IMG/VR virus record: IMGVR_UViG_3300023047_000002
Strand: one strand, 5' to 3'
Source of the DNA: a virus
Lineage: Duplodnaviria; Caudoviricetes
DNA: 64,000 bases
Shown here one piece after another: positions 10,928-18,703 of the stretch. Under the pieces are notes generated by a model, which made no database searches, had not been told where the DNA came from, and saw only the letters and a list, made by a program, of their open reading frames with translations. A program made the translations under genes and the position numbers. Each line of letters opens with the position of its first letter. The stretch's first letter is position 1.

Positions 10928-11106
10928 CGTTTTCCCATCCGGCAGTCATGTTTCGGTTTCCACAAAAGCTCTGCCGTTTTCAGTTTCCCAAGAATCGTGT
11001 GATAAACACCATCCTCTGAAACAGCACTTTGTGGAATAAACAGGTTGTAGTCGCCTCGCTTTTTCGAGCGAAACTTTACCTCGTTAAACTTGCCCTCCAT
11101 CAGCAA
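10924..11106 (-). CDS. Hypothetical protein
   Basis: Short ORF overlapping its neighbours. Confidence 0.35.
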   Translation of the reverse strand: MLMEGKFNEVKFRSKKRGDYNLFIPQSAVSEDGVYHTILGKLKTAELLWKPKHDCRMGKR

Positions 11107-11377
11107 TAAACTGCATCACGGCTTTTCGAGCAAGACCTTTACGCCTATGCTCAGGCATAACATAGATGCCATTGACATACTTGTCGATGATCATGAGAAA
11201 TCCAACAGGCTTACCCTCACACATGATAAGTCTATACCCGTCCGAGTCCACAGACCATTTACGCAGGTCAGGAAAACATAGCTTATCAATGGTTTCTCTG
11301 AATGCAAGATACATCTCTTGTTCAAGGTTATCATCCAAAATGCTTTTTAGCAGTTCAAAATTTTGTTCTGGAATCAT
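11084..11377 (-). CDS. GNAT acetyltransferase, possibly C-terminally truncated
   Basis: Acetyl-CoA motif GIYVMPEHRRKGLA. Confidence 0.7.
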   Translation of the reverse strand: MIPEQNFELLKSILDDNLEQEMYLAFRETIDKLCFPDLRKWSVDSDGYRLIMCEGKPVGFLMIIDKYVNGIYVMPEHRRKGLARKAVMQFIADGGQV

Positions 11378-11700
11378 ACGGTGAACTCCTCCTCATAAGA
11401 AGACCATCCTGTCCATCCCATCGTCGAAGGTGTGAATAAATTTGACAGCTCTTCAGATGACATAAGAATTGGTATTCCTTGTTTAGTATGACGTAACACC
11501 CTTAACTGTACTGTCAGTGCCTGTCCACGGAACATCTCGTCAGAAAGGTCGTTTAGGTAGGTTTTCTTTAAGGTGTTGACCACTGTTCTTACCTCTACTT
11601 CTGTTTCAAACGTGAGTCTTCCAGTCTCATACACGAAACCATCCTCATAAGCCACGGTTTGGATTAACTCGTAACCTTTACTTTTATCAGACATATTCAC
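11374..11700 (-). CDS. Hypothetical protein
   Basis: ORF with 4-nt overlaps on both sides. Confidence 0.6.
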   Translation of the reverse strand: MNMSDKSKGYELIQTVAYEDGFVYETGRLTFETEVEVRTVVNTLKKTYLNDLSDEMFRGQALTVQLRVLRHTKQGIPILMSSEELSNLFTPSTMGWTGWSSYEEEFTV

Positions 11701-12353
11701 TCCAATTCTACGGCATTGATAAGCAGCTCAGAAATTGAGGCTCCGGTGTCAGACACTTCGTCCCGTCGAAACTCGGCATCCTCAAGAGATACAAACACCT
11801 CGTGAACCATTTTATTGGTGAAATGGTCTTTGTAGTTAAGGCGGTAAAGAACAGAATGTGCATAATCAGAAACAAACAAAGGCGTAGGTGACTCATGACG
11901 TTCTTCAAGATAGAATGAACCACATGAAAGATTCATGTGGACATGAACCATACCTTTATCGTCACTACAGTCCTCAAAAGAAGCACACAGAGGAAAGATA
12001 TGGCTAATACGTATACGGTATCTCAGGGTTCCTGATGGGTGACAAACACACAAGGTTCCAGATGCTCTTGAAGACACTCCTGAATAGTTAATATCCATCC
12101 ATTTCTGCAATATTTTTGCAGTCTCAGTCGATACCGTGGTTATTACTTTCATCTCGTTCGCATCACATCCTGAAGTCTGACTAGATTTTAAAGTACATAA
12201 AGACTCAGAATTATCCGTACTGAAATGCCAGTCAACACAGTTCAGTTTTGCACATAACTTTCCTTCTACGATTCCTGGGATTTCCTCAAGCGTCAGAACG
12301 CCATGATCTTCAACCGATGTACTTTTAGAAAATATTCTTCCACAACCACTCAT
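11697..12353 (-). CDS. Hypothetical protein with tail-tube (gp19)-like segment
   Basis: LQKWMD...GTLCVCHPSGTLRYRIRISHIFP resembles the tube protein at 53369. Confidence 0.5.
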   Translation of the reverse strand: MSGCGRIFSKSTSVEDHGVLTLEEIPGIVEGKLCAKLNCVDWHFSTDNSESLCTLKSSQTSGCDANEMKVITTVSTETAKILQKWMDINYSGVSSRASGTLCVCHPSGTLRYRIRISHIFPLCASFEDCSDDKGMVHVHMNLSCGSFYLEERHESPTPLFVSDYAHSVLYRLNYKDHFTNKMVHEVFVSLEDAEFRRDEVSDTGASISELLINAVELE

Positions 12354-12429
12354 TTCTCAACCTCCCTCAAACAGTAACATCCACACACATACGTGGTAAA
12401 TATGGTTTTTCTTGATAAGCAGCGTTACG

Positions 12430-13395
12430 CTAAACCGTGTCTTTCCACGTTTTGTATGACACAAGCCAGTCCTTCGGTTCAACATTACCGCGTTTCGCGA
12501 GCCATCTCTCAGCCTCCGTAGGTTCAAGACGTTCTCCTATCAGTTTGTCTAATGCCGCATAGTCTTTCAGAATGAGGCTGTACAGAATGAACTTCGGCCT
12601 GGTTTCATCCTTTTTCGGTTGCCAGTCGTCGATGATTTTCTTTGCTCTTTCCCTCGTATACGTGATGTCTGGAATAGCATACTGCTTTATATTGTCCTCT
12701 CCATACACGATGAAATCATACGGTTTTACGTTTGCAGATAATCTTGCGATAAGCGAAACACAGGGTTTCGGTTCATATCCAGCCTTTTTCTTTTCGAGAT
12801 AGCTGTACAGCGTTTCATAGTCAACGTAAAACCCTTCTGGAATGTCTATGGACTGTTTCAAAACACTGGGCGACCATGAGAAACATCCCCATCTGAACAT
12901 ACGATTCGGATGGTGGTAAACACGCTTTAACCCATAACGCTTTACGAACTCATCGCGTTCAATCTCGTTAGGGATATGCGTTGATGTGGAGCACGTCATT
13001 CCTAAACGTCCGTCATGCCAAAGGTCAAATGCTTTGTCGATGCTTTCTGGCGTATACCGGTCATACGTAATCTTGTAAACCCGTTGTGCCAGCTCTTCGC
13101 TCGTCAGAATAACGTCGCGTTTCTCTTTCAAAGCATCAGCATACTCAAGTCGAAACGACCAGCACACCTGCTCGTACAGACGGTTCAGTTTTTCCTCTTC
13201 GCTAAGACGTTTGTTCGTCTCATACGTTTCATCCTCTTTTGTCACATCGTCGTCGCTATTGATGTCATCATTCCATTCGTCGTTATTCACATCATAACCA
13301 CGTTCTTTGAAGAAACGTTCAAGACGCTTGATTCGCTTCTCCATTTCGTCGATACGCATACCAAGTAAAAGTAACGCTGTTGTCTTTTCGCTCAT
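12430..13395 (-). CDS. Hypothetical protein
   Basis: 321-aa ORF with AGGAG RBS. Confidence 0.7.
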   Translation of the reverse strand: MSEKTTALLLLGMRIDEMEKRIKRLERFFKERGYDVNNDEWNDDINSDDDVTKEDETYETNKRLSEEEKLNRLYEQVCWSFRLEYADALKEKRDVILTSEELAQRVYKITYDRYTPESIDKAFDLWHDGRLGMTCSTSTHIPNEIERDEFVKRYGLKRVYHHPNRMFRWGCFSWSPSVLKQSIDIPEGFYVDYETLYSYLEKKKAGYEPKPCVSLIARLSANVKPYDFIVYGEDNIKQYAIPDITYTRERAKKIIDDWQPKKDETRPKFILYSLILKDYAALDKLIGERLEPTEAERWLAKRGNVEPKDWLVSYKTWKDTV

Positions 13396-13468
13396 CGTAT
13401 TTGCTCCTTACAAGTTTAAGGTAAGTTTAATGAAACTGCCCACATATGTTGAACACTGCAGTGCACAA

Positions 13469-13708
13469 TCATTCTGGACATCTCCACCAGCAAGAACGTT
13501 CCCAATCACGACGATCAGGCATACACCCTGACTTAATCACTAATGCATTATACTTAGCGTCAACTTCAAAAGAGTCTTCATTTACATCATAAATGTCTAT
13601 ATCTTCACCATAAGCATCACAATCAAAGGCTGTAGCAGGAATCGCATTGACAACTTCTAAATTGCCATCGAACTTCCTAAGAACTTCAATCAGTTCATTC
13701 ACTGTCAT
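13469..13708 (-). CDS. Small phage protein (MTVxELIE family)
   Basis: Starts MTVNELIEVL; RBS GAGGAG. Confidence 0.7.
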   Translation of the reverse strand: MTVNELIEVLRKFDGNLEVVNAIPATAFDCDAYGEDIDIYDVNEDSFEVDAKYNALVIKSGCMPDRRDWERSCWWRCPE

Positions 13709-13722
13709 GGTGATTTTCTCCT

Positions 13723-13902
13723 CTAATATTTGTCAGAAATGTCAATAATGACTGTATGACCGTTTACTTTGACATCGCATTCATCGAAGTCCTCAAGGTC
13801 TTTCCAACATGAGCCATAAGGATCTCCATTCATAAGTTGAATGCGAACCTGTGCACTCAGATCAAGCGAGGATAACTTCTCAATCAATTCTTTTACGGTC
13901 AT
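13723..13902 (-). CDS. Small phage protein (MTVxELIE family), 59 aa
   Basis: Not in the track. MTVKELIEKLSSLD... with AGGAG RBS; tandem paralog of 13469. Confidence 0.7.
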   Translation of the reverse strand: MTVKELIEKLSSLDLSAQVRIQLMNGDPYGSCWKDLEDFDECDVKVNGHTVIIDISDKY

Positions 13903-13913
13903 TACATTTTCTC

Positions 13914-14174
13914 CTATAACACTGTGTTGTTTATGTATTCTTTAATGCAGTTTTCAACAAATTCTGCTAATTCGTAAGCATACTGCTCAACTTCGTACTC
14001 ACTGTAACTGTGCTTTTCAATATCAGCTTTGCTGACCACTGATTGAGCATTAGCTTTTCCAATAATGGGACATCTATTAAACACATCATGCTCTAAGTCT
14101 TTAAGAAATTCTCTGTATTCTTCACGGGTCATTGCTCTTTCTCCCTTGTATACCGTTCCTAAAGAAGTTCCCAT
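13914..14174 (-). CDS. Hypothetical protein
   Basis: ORF; the likely start is MTREEY. Confidence 0.55.
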   Translation of the reverse strand: MGTSLGTVYKGERAMTREEYREFLKDLEHDVFNRCPIIGKANAQSVVSKADIEKHSYSEYEVEQYAYELAEFVENCIKEYINNTVL

Positions 14175-14560
14175 CCGACCAAATCCTCAGGCAGATGTAT
14201 TACCATGTGAGCGTAAAAATCTAACGGCAAACTGCTTACACTGTTTCGAGCATGTTCGACAACACTTTCACCTTCGCAAATGCAGATAAAGTCCATGCCG
14301 TCTCCGTCCAACGGTCTGTTCATGTTGACGTAACCGTAGATCCATTCTCGAAGAACGTTTGCTTCATGTGACGCATAAGATGGAGATACGTCCCACCCTT
14401 TGAAATTACGCCATTCGATCACATACACGTCACATCCTTCACATACAGAATGACGTATCATGTCCGGTTCACAAGGCTGCATTCTGTCCTGAACGAACAT
14501 CTTGAAGTCCTGATAAGCATGTTCCTGACACATCACATAAATGTCATAAAGCACTGCCAT
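14159..14560 (-). CDS. Hypothetical protein
   Basis: ORF with GGAGG RBS. Confidence 0.65.
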   Translation of the reverse strand: MAVLYDIYVMCQEHAYQDFKMFVQDRMQPCEPDMIRHSVCEGCDVYVIEWRNFKGWDVSPSYASHEANVLREWIYGYVNMNRPLDGDGMDFICICEGESVVEHARNSVSSLPLDFYAHMVIHLPEDLVGWELL

Positions 14561-14579
14561 ACGCTTCCTCCATTAAAGT

Positions 14580-15014
14580 TCACTGTCCATTAGGAACAAC
14601 AACAATTTCAAAGTAACACAACTCGTACTTGTCTGCTGACAGGATGTGGATACCGTCCACTTCAATACTATCTGCAATACCGAACGGGACGACTATAATT
14701 GTGCAACATTCACGAAATGATTCTTCCACAATTCTGCCACATGGCGTGTCCAGAATAAGAAGCTCAGCCATCAGTTGATGTTTGGATTCATCGATCCACA
14801 AGTTGACTATTTTCCCTGCTACATCTGGGTAATACAAATCAATATTATTTTTATTGTGTTCAGATTGAAGTACGCAGAGCATTCCTTCACGAAATTTATC
14901 GTCTTCATTGAACTGTTTTACGATACGTTCCATAAGACGTTTTGTGTACAGATTCCCTGATTGGAGCACTTTGTCATACCACACACTTTCTGACAAAATA
15001 CGGTGTTCGTTCAT
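14580..15014 (-). CDS. Degenerate prohead protease (T4 gp21-like) homolog
   Basis: GNLY...MAELLILDTPCGRIV is present; the usual GELxHP and SSRG motifs are not. Confidence 0.5.
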   Translation of the reverse strand: MNEHRILSESVWYDKVLQSGNLYTKRLMERIVKQFNEDDKFREGMLCVLQSEHNKNNIDLYYPDVAGKIVNLWIDESKHQLMAELLILDTPCGRIVEESFRECCTIIVVPFGIADSIEVDGIHILSADKYELCYFEIVVVPNGQ

Positions 15015-15101
15015 TACGCAACTCCTTGTAAGTATAAATGATGTTTAAGATTCTCAGATTGATGCTCCATATGCATGGTTAAAAGTCACGACCTGTTGGG
15101 A

Positions 15102-15142
15102 AGTATATAACTTCTTAGTCGTAGAAAAATCCGCAGCACCAC
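15102..15142 (-). promoter_or_regulatory. GTGGTGCTG-class promoter
   Basis: Minus strand: GTGGTGCTG-N26-TATACT, heading the 15014-10215 gene run. Confidence 0.7.
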
Positions 15143-15314
15143 GACAAGGAGTGAGTAGTTCGCCTAGTTGACAGAATCTTTGTGTTGCCTTGTGGTGAAG
15201 TATAAGACCACAAAGGTTTGGGTATCCTCAAAAAGAAAGAGCAAGAAAGCGAAACGCTTTCTTGCTCTTTCGTCAGCTACATATGGATGCATTTACTTGT
15301 TAGATAATGTACGA

Positions 15315-16282
15315 TTACCGTCTTCCTCTGATTCTGTTTACGTTTCTGCTGTAACGTGTTTCCATGCGAGTACGTTTCTCTTCATATTCGTCATACTCAT
15401 TATCTTTGAGAAGATCCTCGACCGCAGAACAGTTGTCTTCCGCCAAATCAATAATGTAATCATGGACGGCTTCACTCATTTCATCGAACATCTTAAACAA
15501 TTTCTGTTTAGAGCATGGGATAGTCACCTGCGTATAGAAGTCAAAATCCTCAGTCCACGCTTCTTCAAGATTTACTGACAAGGATTCGAGAATTGCTGAA
15601 GTGACATCGCGTCCACGGTAATCAGACAAATCTTCTGCGGCTTTTTCTACACAATCGTCTACCACGGAATCAAGGTTGTAATAATAACAGCTTAACACAT
15701 CTCCCTTAGCACCGTCTTCAAGACGAACATAGAACGGATTACCTCCGTGATGCTGATTGAAGATATAGCACATCTCATCACTTCTGAGGTCACTAGAAGT
15801 ATACCTGCCACCACTGTACTCTTCAATGGCAACAAGCAAATCCACTACATCATCAATACTATCAGAGACGTATTCTAATTTACGACCTCGCTTGAGATTA
15901 TATCTATGACTTATGGATTCCCCTATCTTTATTTGAGCCTTGCCGTCTTTGAGCATATTGTTCGTTGCATAAGCAACGATGTCGAGTGCCTTAAGAAGAG
16001 ATGCTTTGCTGATAGGTTTTCCAGCTTCAACGGCTTTCTTAGCCTTATCGTCTCTTTGTAACGCTTTGCATAAAAATTTGTAACATGCTTTGTCAGCACA
16101 ATAGAATCCATAACCGTAAGCACGTGTAAAACTAAGTCCCATATCCTGAAGCATAGTCACGATATCTTGAGAGTCCCAGGAATCCTCAGTGAGCTCAACC
16201 ACATTTCCTTTGACCTTTACGAACACACTGGATGGTAAGTTATTATCAGTTTCTTTTTTAAGGTATTTTTATTGACTAACAT
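15315..16282 (-). CDS. Acidic protein with basic termini; needs a -1 shift at A-AAA-AAG to join the RBS/ATG at 16282 to the main ORF
   Basis: GGGAGG-ATG at 16282 opens a 21-codon frame. The long ORF (15315..16226) is in the -1 frame. Confidence 0.55.
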
Positions 16283-16312
16283 TTTTACACCTCCCTTCTA
16301 CTTGAAATAATA

Positions 16313-16600
16313 CTAATTGTCATAGTCATAAGCGTAACACGGGCAGAACCCAGAGGAGTTGATAACTTCTGAACGTGGATTTGAAACGAAAGCTATACGG
16401 GTGACAAACTCTTTTAAAGTCCCATCATTACGTTCCAGGGTGGCAAATACTCCATTACGCTTCTTTACTCTGTACTGAACAGACAACCCAAGTTCATCTG
16501 TAATAAGGTCGTATGGCGTAAGACTGATTATTTGACCCTCAACAAAAACCGATGTACGGCTTTCATCTGTTTTATTCGTTTGTTTGTACGACATGAGCAC
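16313..16600 (-). CDS. Hypothetical protein
   Basis: 95-aa ORF. Confidence 0.5.
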   Translation of the reverse strand: MLMSYKQTNKTDESRTSVFVEGQIISLTPYDLITDELGLSVQYRVKKRNGVFATLERNDGTLKEFVTRIAFVSNPRSEVINSSGFCPCYAYDYDN

Positions 16601-16621
16601 ACCGTAAAATAAAGAGAGATG

Positions 16622-16720
16622 GAACTACCCACCGCCTTTAGGCGGTGGTATTCAAATCCATTAGAATTTGATTTGTACATTCTCACGAATTGGGCTTCAT
16701 GTTTCATTGAACCGTTGACT
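16622..16720 (-). repeat. Partial copy of the TnpB omegaRNA/right end
   Basis: About 95 nt colinear with 28646-28740 (GAACTACCCACCGCC...CATTAGAATTTGATTT...CATTCTCACGAATTGG). Confidence 0.85.
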
Positions 16721-16722
16721 GA

Positions 16723-17223
16723 CTATTTAAGTGTTTCCATAGGTGGGAATCTACTGTCAGTGTAAACCGTAATATCCTGTGATGCCATGCACTCTATGAT
16801 ATCGTAGATTTCATCAGCACAATGACTGCAAACCGTATGTTGTTCCTTGTATGTGATTCCTAAGCCCCCTCTGTTTTCATGTCTGAATTTGACGCGACAG
16901 GCATTAAACACATTCTCTTCATGATTAAACTCTTCCTCGTTAATCATCACTTGTTTCGTCCACTTGAGCTTGTTTCCCTTTACGAGTTTTCGTGCTATTG
17001 TGTTGAGCTGTGTCTCAAGCTCTGTACGCCAATGCTCATATGTCTCTGCTAAATCGTGACGATAACAAAGGCAATATTCCATCAGACACCAATTCTGCAA
17101 CACTTGTTCGGCATGGTCTGCCACAACCGCCTGAAACTTTGCCTTGTCCAATGCCATCTCAAAAGCACGTCGCCTGTTTATGTCTTCTTTTTGTTTTTTA
17201 ATTCTTATCATCTTTATTGCCAT
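16723..17223 (-). CDS. EMA...NWCL family protein (paralog 1)
   Basis: AFEMALDKAKFQ...QNWCLMEYC...HWRTEL, shared with 32878 and 33394. Confidence 0.75.
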   Translation of the reverse strand: MAIKMIRIKKQKEDINRRRAFEMALDKAKFQAVVADHAEQVLQNWCLMEYCLCYRHDLAETYEHWRTELETQLNTIARKLVKGNKLKWTKQVMINEEEFNHEENVFNACRVKFRHENRGGLGITYKEQHTVCSHCADEIYDIIECMASQDITVYTDSRFPPMETLK

Positions 17224-17235
17224 ATGAGACACTTC

Positions 17236-17607
17236 CTAAAGCATGTGAAGTTCACGAAGAATGCGTTTTGCTTCTGTCACATCAAATACGTCTGCATATT
17301 CTCCAGTATTCTCATCTGTTGCACACATGAGGATGTTGCCGAACAAAGGCTGCTGAAAGATGTGCATACGATAAGGAAGAATCGAAAATGCGTTGATGTT
17401 TCCGTCTTCCATATTCTCGCCGACAAACATACCCTCATCATCACAAATGAAATCATAACTGATGTTTGGGTTCTTTTTTGATTCTCCAACAGAGAACATC
17501 GTAATCAGGCGACAGTCAATTTTACTGCGGATGCTCTCCAAGGAATCGTCGATGGTGATAGTTTCGATTTTGCCGTTTTTCGGAATCCAAATCATTTTAC
17601 GTTTCAT
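17236..17607 (-). CDS. DUF3846-like protein
   Basis: SLESIRSKID...ICDDEG...N...LFGNILM pattern. Confidence 0.6.
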   Translation of the reverse strand: MKRKMIWIPKNGKIETITIDDSLESIRSKIDCRLITMFSVGESKKNPNISYDFICDDEGMFVGENMEDGNINAFSILPYRMHIFQQPLFGNILMCATDENTGEYADVFDVTEAKRILRELHML

Positions 17608-17696
17608 GCGTTTCTCTTGTCAAAGGCTCTTTCAAGAACTTTTTGGAACATGTCCAGAGTACGAAACTCATTCACTCCGTACTCATGGCATCCTTA

Positions 17697-17737
17697 ATGA
17701 TGACACTAATAAGATTTCGTTGCTTTTACAGCACCAC
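17697..17737 (-). promoter_or_regulatory. GTGGTGCTG-class promoter
   Basis: Minus strand: GTGGTGCTG-N26-CATCAT with TGt extension. Confidence 0.6.
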
Positions 17738-17843
17738 GAAAGCAACGAAACCTTATTAACTTGCACGGCGGAGTGTCGAGACGTGTCGATATGCAGAAAA
17801 GCCGTATAAAATCTATGGATGCTAACTTGCCGGTAACTTTCAC

Positions 17844-17900
17844 CAAAGGGCGAGCGGAAGCCCACGGGCTAAAGACCGTTGGCTTTCGGCTCACTTATGG
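17844..17900. repeat. Two IS200/IS605 left ends fused head-to-head over one hairpin
   Basis: TTCAC|CAAAGGGCGAGCGGAAGCCCACGGGCTAAAG on +, and CATAAGTGAGCCGAAAGCCAACGG on -. It supplies the amidase C-terminus and stop. Confidence 0.7.
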
Positions 17901-18546
17901 CAAACATACGTAAAATTCCTTGTGCGATACCACGTGCAAGAGCTTTCTTGTACTCATCTGTCGAAAGCAGCTCTACTTCATTCGCATGAGACATAAAACC
18001 GCATTCAACCACCAAAGACGGCATAGTAGTATGTTTGAGTGTGTAGTATGTGCTGTTCGCCTTAGCACCACGGTTAATTATTGGATGCTCCGTACCGTCT
18101 TTTTCTGTTACAGTAAAATCCTTTACCTGTTCCATGATACTTCTCTGTACAACAGAAGCGAACGTCTTTGACTTAGAGCTCGTAGAGAAATAAAATGTTT
18201 CAATACCGCTCGCTGTTTCACCTTTATACGAGTTGCAGTGAATTGAAACGAAGCACGTAGCTTTATCCAAATTGGCTATGTTACAGCGTGACGGCAATGT
18301 AACAGTGTCATCTGAAGCTCTGGTCATAATGACGTCAACAGGAGGTTTGGGGTCATCAGGACAAAAGTCGTTCATCATGAAATCACCAGTAAGCGTGTCC
18401 CGTGTCGCATACAGTAAATATGACGCTACGTATAAAGAGATATCGAGGACGATGTCTTTTTCTTTGTGCTTTTTATTATGTGACACAGCCCCCGGTGCAG
18501 ACCCACCATGTCCTGGATCTATGCAAATATTTGGTAATTTAGCCAT
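17869..18546 (-). CDS. N-acetylmuramoyl-L-alanine amidase (Amidase_3)
   Basis: Motifs IDPGHGG, EKD, VSIHCNS and LVVECGFM. Confidence 0.92.
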   Translation of the reverse strand: MAKLPNICIDPGHGGSAPGAVSHNKKHKEKDIVLDISLYVASYLLYATRDTLTGDFMMNDFCPDDPKPPVDVIMTRASDDTVTLPSRCNIANLDKATCFVSIHCNSYKGETASGIETFYFSTSSKSKTFASVVQRSIMEQVKDFTVTEKDGTEHPIINRGAKANSTYYTLKHTTMPSLVVECGFMSHANEVELLSTDEYKKALARGIAQGILRMFAISEPKANGL

Positions 18547-18601
18547 AAACAACACCTCCGTGCCCCAACAAACATATACTGTTTCGATAGATTCAGGGTC
18601 T

Positions 18602-18642
18602 GTGGTGCTGTTAAATCTGTGTAAGTCATCGTATGCTAAAAT
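18602..18642 (+). promoter_or_regulatory. GTGGTGCTG-class promoter
   Basis: GTGGTGCTG-N26-TAAAAT with TGc extension. Confidence 0.75.
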
Positions 18643-18703
18643 GACGATTTAAAGCAACGGTATTTCGTCGTTGCTCTTTTCTCAAATACTAGGAGAACAA
18701 ACA

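Noticed and set aside
10924-11377. Programmed frameshift joining the GNAT to the next ORF
   Set aside because: No canonical slippery site, and the downstream ORF does not look like a GNAT C-terminus.
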